From Nitrospirota bacterium (GTDB lineage: Bacteria > Nitrospirota > Thermodesulfovibrionia > Thermodesulfovibrionales > UBA9159), in contig JAJYIF010000007.1 of NCBI GenBank assembly GCA_021790195.1, positions 24,192 to 88,191 of the forward strand: a stretch of 64,000 nt of DNA, given 5' to 3'. The translations under genes and the position numbers were made by a program. Shown one piece after another: positions 20,347 to 29,710 of the stretch. Positions within the stretch are counted from its first letter, which is position 1, and every line of letters starts with the position of its first letter. Below the pieces are notes generated by a model that was given only the letters and a program-made list of their open reading frames with translations, had not been told where the DNA came from and did no database searches.

Positions 20347-20985
20347 CTACTTCGCGGTACGGAACTCTTCGACCTTCGCGACGAATTGCGCCGCAATCTT
20401 CTCAATCGAAGGCCAGTCATCGGCCTTTACGAGGTCCCGCCTGATTATGGCTGATCCTACAAGTACGGCCGCAGCGCGGGCCGCGAGGTATCCGGAGATA
20501 TTCTCCAGTTTCACTCCCCCGCAGAGCATATACTTTATATAGGGGAAAGGGCCCCTGATCACCCTGAGGAAATCGAGGCCTCCGATCTCGACAAAGGGGA
20601 AGAGTTTAATGACATCGCCTCCCGCAGTGTAAGCGCGGTATATCTCGGTCGGCGTGCTTGCACCCGGGAAAGATAAAGCCCCTTCCGACTTGGTGAACTT
20701 GACCACCTTCTCATCGAGGTTCGGACTCACTATATACCTTGCCCCGGCCCCAAGGGCCTTCTTTGCGTCTCTTGTGTTCAGAACGGTCCCAGCGCCGATT
20801 GAGGCCCTTTGATCGACACTCAATCTTCTTATGACTTCCACGGCGTCCGGCACTGAGAAGGTGATCTCTATGAATCTGACCCCGGCCTCTATGCAAGCCA
20901 GGGCAGCCCTGTAAGCCCGCTCCGGAGTGTCTGTCCGGACCGCGACCATCAATTGGTGTCTTTCGAGTTCCTTTATCAGATCCAT
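20347..20985 (-). CDS. eda: KDPG/KHG aldolase family protein
   Basis: AVRTDTPERAYRAALACIEAGVRFIEITFSVPDAVEVIRRL...GAGTVLN...YIVSPN...FPGASTPTEI...DVIKLFP. Confidence 0.8.
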   Translation of the reverse strand: MDLIKELERHQLMVAVRTDTPERAYRAALACIEAGVRFIEITFSVPDAVEVIRRLSVDQRASIGAGTVLNTRDAKKALGAGARYIVSPNLDEKVVKFTKSEGALSFPGASTPTEIYRAYTAGGDVIKLFPFVEIGGLDFLRVIRGPFPYIKYMLCGGVKLENISGYLAARAAAVLVGSAIIRRDLVKADDWPSIEKIAAQFVAKVEEFRTAK

Positions 20986-21001
20986 AGATCGCTTGCCCTG
21001 A

Positions 21002-21685
21002 CTAGAATTTCTGACCCCTCAGGAGCATCCTTGCCTTCCAGGCCCACCTTCTGTCGACCTTGCGCTTAAAGAAAGGCGACTCCTTGAAGACCTGGATAGA
21101 CCTCTTGAGATAAACAGTCCCTTCTTCTCTCGACCCGAGTTTCATCTTCAAGAAACCCATCCGGTAAAATCCCCGCGAACTTGAAGAATGGATCTTCTCG
21201 AACTCTTCAAGAAGAGGGAGGGCGCTCCGATAGTCTCCGTTATCCATATAGACCTCCGCCATCATAAGATAGGGCTCGCCGTATTTCAGGCCGGGCGAAG
21301 CATTCAGGGCCTTATCGATGAGTTCTCTTCCGCGCGCTATATCGCCTGTCCGGGCGATGGATATTCCACAGTAGTAGTTGAATTCAGGGTCGTCCGACAT
21401 CTTGGCCTCAGCTGCCTCGAGGTATCGGCGTGCGCTTTGATAGTCGCCTTTTTCTATCATGAACATGCCGAGTTCCTTCAGGGACCTGCCGTCATAGGGA
21501 TTGATCGAGACAACCTTCCTCAGCTCCCTCACTCTCGACGAGACCCTGAATGCTCGGAAGGGGTCCGGCATAAAGCCGAAGAATGTCCTGTCGGCAGCGA
21601 AGAATACTGCAATGATGATCAGAAGCGCTGCAACGGGACTGCCTGTGATCATATAGAGTATATAAAAAATAAGAATTTTTCCCAT
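21002..21685 (-). CDS. membrane-anchored TPR repeat protein
   Basis: The track start at 21733 is TTG. ATG 21685 (MGKILIFYILYM...) has AGGA upstream. One or two N-terminal TM helices are followed by TPR-like repeats. Confidence 0.65.
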   Translation of the reverse strand: MGKILIFYILYMITGSPVAALLIIIAVFFAADRTFFGFMPDPFRAFRVSSRVRELRKVVSINPYDGRSLKELGMFMIEKGDYQSARRYLEAAEAKMSDDPEFNYYCGISIARTGDIARGRELIDKALNASPGLKYGEPYLMMAEVYMDNGDYRSALPLLEEFEKIHSSSSRGFYRMGFLKMKLGSREEGTVYLKRSIQVFKESPFFKRKVDRRWAWKARMLLRGQKF

Positions 21686-21889
21686 TTCATTAATTCCTGA
21701 GACTACAGATATAATAAGCGAACTATTAACCAAACATCAAACATTGGCTGAGCGGCCCGATCGTATCCGACGGTTCAGTATTGAGGTTTGCATGACAGCC
21801 TCTTAAACGGAATTGTCTTAAATATCACAGCGTTATTATCAAACTTACTCTTCTTTGTAATTTTTTGATAGCAACTCATATAAAAAACA

Positions 21890-21919
21890 TTGACTACATT
21901 CCCATAGTTCATTTATAAT
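21890..21919 (+). promoter_or_regulatory. near-consensus sigma70-type promoter upstream of feoB
   Basis: TTGACT (21890..21895), an 18-nt spacer, then TATAAT (21914..21919). Confidence 0.55.
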
Positions 21920-21922
21920 TTC

Positions 21923-21943
21923 AATTGAGACTTTGTCTCAATT
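21923..21943. promoter_or_regulatory. perfect 9-3-9 palindrome, candidate operator at the feoB transcription start
   Basis: AATTGAGAC-TTT-GTCTCAATT lies immediately downstream of the -10 hexamer and 8 nt before ATG 21951. Confidence 0.5.
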
Positions 21944-21950
21944 AATTCCC

Positions 21951-23927
21951 ATGCACTCACATACAGATAAAAATAAAGCCAGGACGAGCAGGTACGACCG
22001 TATAGCGCTAATAGGAAACCCAAATGTCGGCAAGAGCGTTATCTTTGGTCTTCTCACCGGCAAATATGTGACAGTTTCCAATTATCCCGGGACGACAGTC
22101 GAGGTTTCGCATGGGAACATCTCGTTAGAAGGCAGGAAGTATCATGTCGTGGACACACCGGGCGTCAACAGCCTCATTCCCATGAGCGAAGACGAGAGGG
22201 TAACAAGAGACATACTTCTGAAAGAGCGCCCTTTCCTCGTCATCCAGGTGGCCGATTCGAAGAACCTCAAACGCACCCTCCTTCTCACTTTGCAGATTGC
22301 GGAGATGGGGATACCCATGGTGCTCGACCTCAACATGGAGGACGAAGCAAGAGACCGGGGTATTATCATCAATACTCAAAAGCTTAGAGAAATACTCAAC
22401 ATCGAGGTGGTCACTACGATCGCGCCCCAGAGAAAGGGGTTCAAGGAGCTTCGGACTTCAATCCTCAGGCCGTCGGTGCCTTCCATACAAATAAACTACC
22501 CGCCGATGATAGAAGAGTATATCAAGAAGATTTCGGCCCTGCTGCCGGAAGGGGCCATATCCAGGAGGTCTCTTGCCGTAATGGTCCTTTCCGGTGATGA
22601 GAGCCTGAAGGAATGGCTGGCGGGGAACCTGTCTTCAGAGATGATCAAGGAACTGGAGCATCTCAGAGACGAGTGCCAGATCAGGATGCAGGACGACGTG
22701 GCCACGATAATAAATAAGGCAAGACTGGATGCGGCGGACAATGTAACTAAAGGCGTAGTAAGAAAGATCCCACCGGAAGGAGGGCGTTTTTTTTCTTTCC
22801 TCGGAAAGATCAGTATGCACCCCGTCTGGGGAATCCCCGTGTTGCTCGTTGTCCTCTTTGCGCTTTACGAATTCGTGGGAGTCTTCGGGGCCGGAGTCCT
22901 CGTGAACTTTTTCGAAAAGACGATCTTCGGCGAATACATCAATCCAATGGCATCAAAGGTCGTGGCACTGCTCGTCCCCGTTCAGTTTATCAGGGAAATG
23001 CTTGTGGGGGAGTACGGTATAGTCACCGTGGCCCTGACGTATGCAATAGCCATAATTCTTCCGATAACTGCCACCTTTTTCATAGCCTTCGCTATTTTGG
23101 AAGACAGCGGATATCTCCCGCGTCTCGCCATAATGAGCAATAAGGTCTTCAATATCATGGGTCTTAACGGGAAGGCGGTGCTTCCCATGATCCTCGGTCT
23201 GGGCTGCGGAACAATGGCGGTCATGACCTCGAGGATCCTGGAGTCGAGGAGGGACAGGATAATCATCACTTTTCTTCTGGCGCTTGCCATACCTTGTTCC
23301 GCTCAATTGGGCGTAATCCTGGGGATGCTGAGCGCGTTGTCTTATAAGGCTACCATCATATGGGTGGCGTGCATACTGATTGTCCTTTTTGTATCCGGAT
23401 ATCTCGCCTCCAAGGTGGTCAAAGGAGAGAGGACGGATTTCTTCCTTGAGATACCTCCCATCCGGAAGCCCGCATTGATGAATATATTGGTTAAGACTGC
23501 CGGGAGGGTCGAATGGTATCTCAAGGAGGCGGTACCGCTTTTTATCCTCGGAACATTCATCCTCTTCCTTCTGCATAAACTGAACATGCTGGCTGTCCTT
23601 GAAAAGGTGGCATCCCCTGTGGTAGTTAATCTCGTGGGGCTTCCCGAAAAGACAACAGAGTCTTTTATCCTCGGCTTCCTGAGAAGGGATTACGGCGCTG
23701 CCGGATTATTCATCATGGCCGAGAAGGGCCTGCTGACGCATGTGCAGTCTCTCGTAAGCCTTGTGACCATCACCCTGTTTATCCCGTGTCTAGCCAATTT
23801 CTTTGTGATTATCAAGGAGATGGGGCTGAAGATCGCGGTCGCTATGGTGATCATTGTGTTCCCCCTGGCGTTCCTCAGCGGTGGAGCGCTTAACTGGATA
23901 CTGACCACACTTCACGTGGCGGTCTGA
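21951..23927 (+). CDS. feoB: ferrous iron transporter FeoB
   Basis: The G-domain reads RIALIGNPNVGKSVIFGLLTGKYVTVSNYPGTTVEVSHG...VDTPG, followed by a polytopic membrane domain. The track start TTG 21933 lies inside the palindrome, so ATG 21951 is preferred. Neither start has a strong SD. Confidence 0.9.
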   Translation: MHSHTDKNKARTSRYDRIALIGNPNVGKSVIFGLLTGKYVTVSNYPGTTVEVSHGNISLEGRKYHVVDTPGVNSLIPMSEDERVTRDILLKERPFLVIQVADSKNLKRTLLLTLQIAEMGIPMVLDLNMEDEARDRGIIINTQKLREILNIEVVTTIAPQRKGFKELRTSILRPSVPSIQINYPPMIEEYIKKISALLPEGAISRRSLAVMVLSGDESLKEWLAGNLSSEMIKELEHLRDECQIRMQDDVATIINKARLDAADNVTKGVVRKIPPEGGRFFSFLGKISMHPVWGIPVLLVVLFALYEFVGVFGAGVLVNFFEKTIFGEYINPMASKVVALLVPVQFIREMLVGEYGIVTVALTYAIAIILPITATFFIAFAILEDSGYLPRLAIMSNKVFNIMGLNGKAVLPMILGLGCGTMAVMTSRILESRRDRIIITFLLALAIPCSAQLGVILGMLSALSYKATIIWVACILIVLFVSGYLASKVVKGERTDFFLEIPPIRKPALMNILVKTAGRVEWYLKEAVPLFILGTFILFLLHKLNMLAVLEKVASPVVVNLVGLPEKTTESFILGFLRRDYGAAGLFIMAEKGLLTHVQSLVSLVTITLFIPCLANFFVIIKEMGLKIAVAMVIIVFPLAFLSGGALNWILTTLHVAV

Positions 23928-23950
23928 ACCTTTGGGACTGAAGGGCATGC

Positions 23951-24106
23951 ATGGGCATCCTTAAGAAGGCATTTTCCGCAACGAGCTCTGTGATAAGGCT
24001 TCTCTTAGGAGCGGGCGCGCTCCTGACCGTAGTGATCGGCATTAAGAATAAAAGGATTGAGAATCCTGCATATAAAGATAGAAGAAAAGAGGGGACAGAC
24101 CGCTAA
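23951..24106 (+). CDS. possible 51-aa single-TM protein downstream of feoB
   Basis: MGILKKAFSATSSVIRLLLGAGALLTVVIGIKNKRIENPAYKDRRKEGTDR. The position resembles small FeoB-associated membrane proteins, but it has no Cys. Confidence 0.3.
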   Translation: MGILKKAFSATSSVIRLLLGAGALLTVVIGIKNKRIENPAYKDRRKEGTDR

Positions 24107-24927
24107 GGCTGCTTCTTCTTCCCTGCCGTAAATTTCCTCGAAGATGCCTCGTCTATGATCTTTATAAGCTTGTCCGCATCAGTGTATCCAGAATAGATCG
24201 AGCCGTCCGGCAATATCAGGGTAGGGGTCCCGGTTATACCGTCCTTTTCGCCAAGTTTCAGATTATTGTCGATCTCTTTTGTAGCGCACTCTTTCCGGGG
24301 AATCGGTTTCTTCTCGAAGTTATCCTCAAGAAGTTCCAGCGATTTACTGCACACAATGCTCTTGGATTTCCAGTATGCGTCAGGATGGATCTTCAGCGGG
24401 AATAATTTCAGGTAAAAAACAATGTCCTTCCTCTGTGCCAGAACCTTCTTCATCTCCTGATGAAGTCTCGCGCAGAACGGTCATTCGGGGTCGGTGAAAA
24501 CAATTACCTTTATGGGGGCCGTCTTGTTGCCGAGCACAAGGGCGTCTTTGAGAGGGATGCTTGCGGGATTGATCCTCCTGTCCTTGTTAAGTTCATCCAG
24601 CCGCTCTTTCGTCTTGTTGATCGCGGCATTCACTTCGACGACAGAACCGGAGAGAAGATATTTCTTCGAGAAGTCCACATAAAAAAGTCCCCTCTGCCCT
24701 TTGTCCTCGACGTCCACTTCCCACAGCCCCTTGATCGGACTCATCTGGATCTTTAATATCTTCGCGTCCTGGGCCTTCATCTTGTCGAGTATATGACGCA
24801 CTTCCTCCCGGCTCAGGCTGTGGCACTTATAGCAATCGGTCTCGCATCCGCTGAACGCAAAAGCAACTACCGGCTTCAGCGCCAGCCAAATCACAATAAG
24901 ACATGCCGGGACCATGTATTTTTTCAT
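24103..24927 (-). CDS. DsbC/DsbG-like thiol:disulfide interchange protein, predicted selenoprotein (UGA at 24483..24481 read as Sec)
   Basis: Track ORFs 24481..24945 and 24103..24453 share one frame and are separated by a single TGA. The joined sequence ...VIVFTDPE-U-PFCARLHQEMKKVL... aligns with E. coli DsbC VFTDITCGYCHKLHEQM. The cis-Pro loop GITGTPTLILPDG is present. The likely start is ATG 24927 (MKKYMVPACL...), since the track start at 24945 is TTG. Confidence 0.8.
24448..24465 (-). promoter_or_regulatory. candidate bacterial SECIS hairpin
   Basis: The mRNA reads UGA-CCGUUCUGCGCGAGA-CUUCAUC-AGGA-GAUGAAG. This is a 7-bp stem with a G-containing tetraloop, and the loop is about 22 nt from the UGA. 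Confidence 0.55.
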
Positions 24928-25021
24928 ATTGTCTCTCACGACCAATTATTATAACACAGAGACCCAGGAAACTTGGCAATGCAGCGCATTAGCAGAAAGT
25001 ATTGAATTGCATCTTCAGGAC

Positions 25022-27148
25022 TTACCGTTTCACCCTCAACACGCCTTCTGTCTGCGCTATCTTCTGGATAAGTGCGGAGACCTGGACCTTGTCCTTCACC
25101 TCGAGATTGAAAAGTATATGCGCTTTCTTGTCCTGCGTTGCGCTGGCCTCCATCTGGCTAATGTTGATGTTTATCGACGATATGAGGGCGCTCAGGTCCG
25201 CTATGATCCCCGGCCTGTCCACTGTCTCGACGAGGAGACGCGCCATCGTAGTGGTCTCATTCTCGGGCCTCCAGTCCACTTCAACGAGCCTTCCGTCATC
25301 GATCGCGAGCCTTTCGAGGTTCGGGCACTCCCTCCTGTGGATAGTCACTCCCCTTCCCCTTGTAACGAATCCCACGAGAGCGTCTCCGGGTATGGGGAAG
25401 CAGCACTTTGCGGTGTGATAAAGAATATGGTCGATGCCCTTTATGCTGATGCCCTTCTGTTCCTTCTCGTGTTTGGTCGTCCTGGGCTGGAGTTCCTGAG
25501 CCTTTTCTGGGAAAAGCCTGTTGACGATCTGATGAGGCGATACTTTACCGTAGCCCACCGATACGAAGAGGTCGTCAACGGATTGCAGACTGAAGGCCTT
25601 TGCGATTGCCATCATCTCCTCGGTCTTCACCGCAGAAACTTTCAAATGGTGCTTTCTCAACTCTACATCAAGCAGCTTTATGCCGAGTTCGATGCTCTGT
25701 TTTCTCTCCTCGGCCTTTATCCACTGCTTTATTCTCCCCTTGGCCCTCTGCGTCGCTACAAATTTAAGCCAGTCCTTGCTCGGCCCGTGGGTCGGGGAGG
25801 TGATGATCTCGATGGTATCGCCGTTCCGGAGCTGATACCGCAAGGGGACGATCCTGCCGTTCACCTTGGCGCCGATGCATTTGTGCCCCACCTGGGTATG
25901 GATCCCGTATGCGAAATCGACCGGGGTGGAACCCACAGGGAGCTCCTTGATCTCTCCGGTGGGAGTGAAGACATAGACCACATCGGGAACGACCTCGCCC
26001 TTTACCGCCTCGAGAAATTCCCTCGCGTCCCGGAGATCTTTTTGAGACTTTATCAACTCCCTCAGCCAGGAGATATATTTGCTGTCCTTGTCTTCGATTG
26101 CGCCCTTTTCCTTGTACCTCCAGTGCGATGCGATACCCTCCTCGGCGATCTTGTGCATCTCCTCAGTCCTGATCTGAAACTCCACCCTCTCTCCCTTCGG
26201 ACCTATGACGGAGGTGTGAAGCGACTGATACATGTTGGACTTGGGCATCGCGATGTAATCCTTGAACCTTCCGGGGATCGGGGTCCATAACGAATGAATA
26301 ATACCCATGACCGTGTAGCAATTCGCATTAGTGTCGGTTATTATCCTGAGCCCCAGCACGTCGTGCACCTGATCGAAAGTGATTCTCTGTCTCTGCATCT
26401 TCTGATAGATGCCGTAATAGTGTTTGACCCTGCCGGAAACACGTCCGGGGATGCCTTCCTCGCGGAGCTTCTCTTCGACCGTCTTGGAGACCTCTATCAA
26501 GTAGCCCTCCTGCTCCTCTTTCCTCTTGGCGACCTTCTTCACAAGCTCGTCGTAAAGTTCAGGCATAAGGACCTTGAAGCTAAGGTCTTCGAATTCAAGC
26601 CGGAGCCAGCCTATCCCGAGCCTGTTTGCAAGAGGGGCATATATCTCCAGCGTCTCGGTGGCGATCCTCTGTCTCTTGTTTTCGGGCAGGAATTGCAGGG
26701 TCCTCATGTTATGGAGCCGGTCCGCGAATTTTATAATGATGACCCTGATGTCCTCGGACATTGCGAGTAGCATCTTCCGGAAGTTCTCCGCCTGGGCCTC
26801 TTCCTTTGTCTTGAATTCTATCTTGCTCAGCTTTGTGACCGAGTCCACAAGGAAGGCTATCTCCTCACCGAACATGTCCTTTATGTCTTTGGTCGTGGTT
26901 TCGGTGTCTTCGATTGTGTCGTGAAGGAGGCCGGCTGCGAGGGTTGACACGTCCACCTTCATATCGGCCAGTATGTCGGCAACGGAAAGGGGATGGCCTA
27001 TGTAAGGAGTTCCCTCAATCCTCGTCTGGCTGCAGTGGGCCTCGCGGGAAAAAATATAGGCCTTTTTCAGGAGATCGACGTTGGCCTCAGGACTGTAGGA
27101 ACATACTTTCCTGATAAGGGAATTGACAGTTACATCTTCCTCCGACAT
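25022..27148 (-). CDS. rel: bifunctional (p)ppGpp synthetase/hydrolase (RelA/SpoT homologue)
   Basis: The HD domain reads YIGHPLSVADIL...LLHDTIEDT...ADRLHNMRTL. The synthetase region reads YIAMPKSNMYQSLHTSV, and TGS and ACT-like C-terminal regions follow. Confidence 0.95.
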   Translation of the reverse strand: MSEEDVTVNSLIRKVCSYSPEANVDLLKKAYIFSREAHCSQTRIEGTPYIGHPLSVADILADMKVDVSTLAAGLLHDTIEDTETTTKDIKDMFGEEIAFLVDSVTKLSKIEFKTKEEAQAENFRKMLLAMSEDIRVIIIKFADRLHNMRTLQFLPENKRQRIATETLEIYAPLANRLGIGWLRLEFEDLSFKVLMPELYDELVKKVAKRKEEQEGYLIEVSKTVEEKLREEGIPGRVSGRVKHYYGIYQKMQRQRITFDQVHDVLGLRIITDTNANCYTVMGIIHSLWTPIPGRFKDYIAMPKSNMYQSLHTSVIGPKGERVEFQIRTEEMHKIAEEGIASHWRYKEKGAIEDKDSKYISWLRELIKSQKDLRDAREFLEAVKGEVVPDVVYVFTPTGEIKELPVGSTPVDFAYGIHTQVGHKCIGAKVNGRIVPLRYQLRNGDTIEIITSPTHGPSKDWLKFVATQRAKGRIKQWIKAEERKQSIELGIKLLDVELRKHHLKVSAVKTEEMMAIAKAFSLQSVDDLFVSVGYGKVSPHQIVNRLFPEKAQELQPRTTKHEKEQKGISIKGIDHILYHTAKCCFPIPGDALVGFVTRGRGVTIHRRECPNLERLAIDDGRLVEVDWRPENETTTMARLLVETVDRPGIIADLSALISSININISQMEASATQDKKAHILFNLEVKDKVQVSALIQKIAQTEGVLRVKR

Positions 27149-27202
27149 AACTGTATTATAACAAACCGCTGTAGAGCAAGGACACGCGGGAAGAAAGAAG
27201 AG

Positions 27203-27961
27203 TCATGCAGTCAGCTGCATCTTTGCGTCGAGGACCATAAGACCTTCAGGAAAGAGGGCCACCGGGTTCAGGTCGATCTCGCCGACCAGGCCCGTTGCCA
27301 TCATATCGGAAACAATGACTAACGCCCTTATCAGCGCCTCTTTATCTATCGGGGGCTTTCCCCTGTAACCTTCCAGGAGCAGGCTGCCCCTGGTCTCACG
27401 GACGAGCCGCCTGGCGCCTTCCGGATCCATCGGCGCAAGGCCGAAGGCCACATCCTTGAACAATTCGACAAATACCCCTCCCAGGCCGAACATCATGACG
27501 GGACCGAACTGGGGGTCGATTATTCCACCGATAATAACTTCGATCCCTTCCGGGGCCATCTCCTCCACGAGAACTCCTTCCGCTCCCGGAACGCCTGATA
27601 ACTCCTGAACAGCCGTTTTCAATTCATCCCCGTCCCTTATGCCGGTCCTCACCCCGCCCACGTTGCTCTTTGAAGTAATTCTCAGAGAGGAAATCTTCGC
27701 GACAAGGGGAAACCTGAGGTCCACTTTGACCGGGATGACTTCACCGGTTCCGAACAACCTCCCATTCGGCACGGATAATCCGATCCCTCTCAAGAGATTC
27801 TTTACCTCGTGCTCGGCAAAGACAGTCCTCCCTCTCTTTGCCTCTGCAAAATCCCTGATAAGTTTCGAGACTTTGCCGTCGGTTCCGGAAAAATGTGGAT
27901 CGGCCGGGACAGTCATAGAATATCTTTTCCTTTCTGTATTAAGTATATCCTGTTGCCGCAT
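27203..27961 (-). CDS. ATP-grasp domain protein resembling the beta part of ADP-forming acetyl-CoA synthetase
   Basis: AEHEVKNLLRGIGLSVPNG...FPLVAKISSLRITSKSNVGGVRTGI...GVLVEEMAPEGIEVIIGGIIDPQFGPVMMFGLGGVFVE...EIDLNPV. The true start may be the internal M at 27916. Confidence 0.65.
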   Translation of the reverse strand: MRQQDILNTERKRYSMTVPADPHFSGTDGKVSKLIRDFAEAKRGRTVFAEHEVKNLLRGIGLSVPNGRLFGTGEVIPVKVDLRFPLVAKISSLRITSKSNVGGVRTGIRDGDELKTAVQELSGVPGAEGVLVEEMAPEGIEVIIGGIIDPQFGPVMMFGLGGVFVELFKDVAFGLAPMDPEGARRLVRETRGSLLLEGYRGKPPIDKEALIRALVIVSDMMATGLVGEIDLNPVALFPEGLMVLDAKMQLTA

Positions 27962-28014
27962 GAAACGGAAGGCAAAAACACCTCTGATATTTAAGAATAT
28001 GTTACCATTCCTGC

Positions 28015-29640
28015 ATGGAAATACAGCCCAACATGAAAGATTACAAGAATGAGTACCGGAGCTTTTCTTTGGATGCGCCTGAAAGATTTTCTTTTCCTCT
28101 CGATGTCTTCGACAAGTGGGGTGAGAGGACGGCCCTCTTCTGGACTGACGGCGCCGTTGAAATCAAATACACTTTCACTCAGCTTAAGACCCTTTCCTCG
28201 AAGGGCTCCGCGGCCCTTGGGAAAATAGGAATCAAGACGGGGCATAAAGTCCTTGTGATGCTCCCGGCTGTTCCTGAATGGTGGGAGTTGATGCTCGCAC
28301 TGATGAGACTGAACGCAATCGCAATCCCCGCAACAACGCTCTTGAAATCCAAGGACATCGAATACAGGCTCTCGGCCACGGATGTGAAGGCCGTCATAGC
28401 GATGGACGAAGCAGCCCCGATGGTGGAAGAAGCGATAAACGCCTCTTCCTCAAACGCGATCTTGATAGCAGTCGGGGAAAGACAGGGGTGGCTCAACTAC
28501 AGAGAGGAGCGAGAGAGGGCCGATGCCTTTGAAGGCGAAAGGGACTTTTCGAACGAGCCGGCCCTTATATATTTCACGTCCGGCACGACCGGGCAGCCCA
28601 AAATGGTTGTGCACACCCATGCGTCATATCCTCTTGCACACCTCCTGACGGGAAGATATTGGCTCGATCTCAGGCCCGGAGATATGCACTGGAACCTCTC
28701 GGACACAGGCTGGGCAAAGGCCGCGTGGTCGAGCTTATTTGGCCCGTGGCACATGGGGGCCACCATATTCTCATTTTACAGGAAAGGGAAATTCGACCCT
28801 TCAATGACATTGGAGGTCATGCAGAAATATCCCATTACCACTTTCTGCGGGCCTCCCACTGCTTACAGGATGATAGTAAAAGAGCACGCCTTTTCATTGA
28901 GACGCGGGATATGGTCTATGCGCCATTTTGTCGCGGCCGGAGAGCCCCTTAATAGCGAGATAATAGAAATCTGGAAAGACAGGACAGGCATGTACATCCT
29001 TGATGGCTACGGTCAGACAGAGACCGTAAATGTCCTGGCCAATTTCAGGTGTCTTCCTGTAAGGCCGGGCTCGATGGGGATGCCTGTTCCTGGATTTGAG
29101 GTGGATGTTATCGACGAAAACGGCGAGACCAACTCGGCTGGGACAGAGGGAGATATTGCTATAAGGACAAAGCCGGAGAGACCCATGGGATTGTTCAAGG
29201 AATACCTCGGAAACCCAGGGGCGACAGCCGACACCGTAAGGAAAGATTGGTACATAACGGGCGACAGGGCATTCAGGGACGAGGACGGATATTTCTGGTT
29301 TGTAGGAAGGGCGGATGACGTTATCCTGACCTCGGGGTACAGGATCGGGCCATTCGAGATTGAAAGTATCCTCATCGAACACCCGGCAGTAAAAGAGACG
29401 GCTGTGGTCGCGAGTCCCGATGAGGTGAGAGGCGAGGTAGTCAAGGCCTTCGTGGTCCTCACGCGCGATCATGACCCGTCGGAGGCACTGATGAAAGAAC
29501 TTCAGGAGTTTGTGAAGCAGCGGACCGCGCCGTACAAATATCCCCGCAAGATCGAATTTGTCGATGACCTTCCAAAGACAGTCAGCGGAAAGATAAAGAG
29601 GAAAGAGCTGAAGATGAGGGAGTTCGGGAAATCTCAGTAA
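28015..29640 (+). CDS. AMP-forming acyl-CoA synthetase (medium-chain/acetyl-CoA synthetase-like)
   Basis: The AMP-binding signature reads LIYFTSGTTGQPKMVVHTH. Also present are GYGQTE, YITGDRAFRDEDGYFWFVGRADD and PKTVSGKIKR. Confidence 0.88.
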   Translation: MEIQPNMKDYKNEYRSFSLDAPERFSFPLDVFDKWGERTALFWTDGAVEIKYTFTQLKTLSSKGSAALGKIGIKTGHKVLVMLPAVPEWWELMLALMRLNAIAIPATTLLKSKDIEYRLSATDVKAVIAMDEAAPMVEEAINASSSNAILIAVGERQGWLNYREERERADAFEGERDFSNEPALIYFTSGTTGQPKMVVHTHASYPLAHLLTGRYWLDLRPGDMHWNLSDTGWAKAAWSSLFGPWHMGATIFSFYRKGKFDPSMTLEVMQKYPITTFCGPPTAYRMIVKEHAFSLRRGIWSMRHFVAAGEPLNSEIIEIWKDRTGMYILDGYGQTETVNVLANFRCLPVRPGSMGMPVPGFEVDVIDENGETNSAGTEGDIAIRTKPERPMGLFKEYLGNPGATADTVRKDWYITGDRAFRDEDGYFWFVGRADDVILTSGYRIGPFEIESILIEHPAVKETAVVASPDEVRGEVVKAFVVLTRDHDPSEALMKELQEFVKQRTAPYKYPRKIEFVDDLPKTVSGKIKRKELKMREFGKSQ

Positions 29641-29710
29641 TGGTTCACGAAGACAGGACGGATGACCCTCGATCTATTTCGGCCAAGGACACCTTTCCTG
29701 CAAGTCAACC

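Noticed and set aside
24914-26290. 458-aa plus-strand ORF
   Set aside because: It is antisense to the rel (RelA/SpoT) gene.
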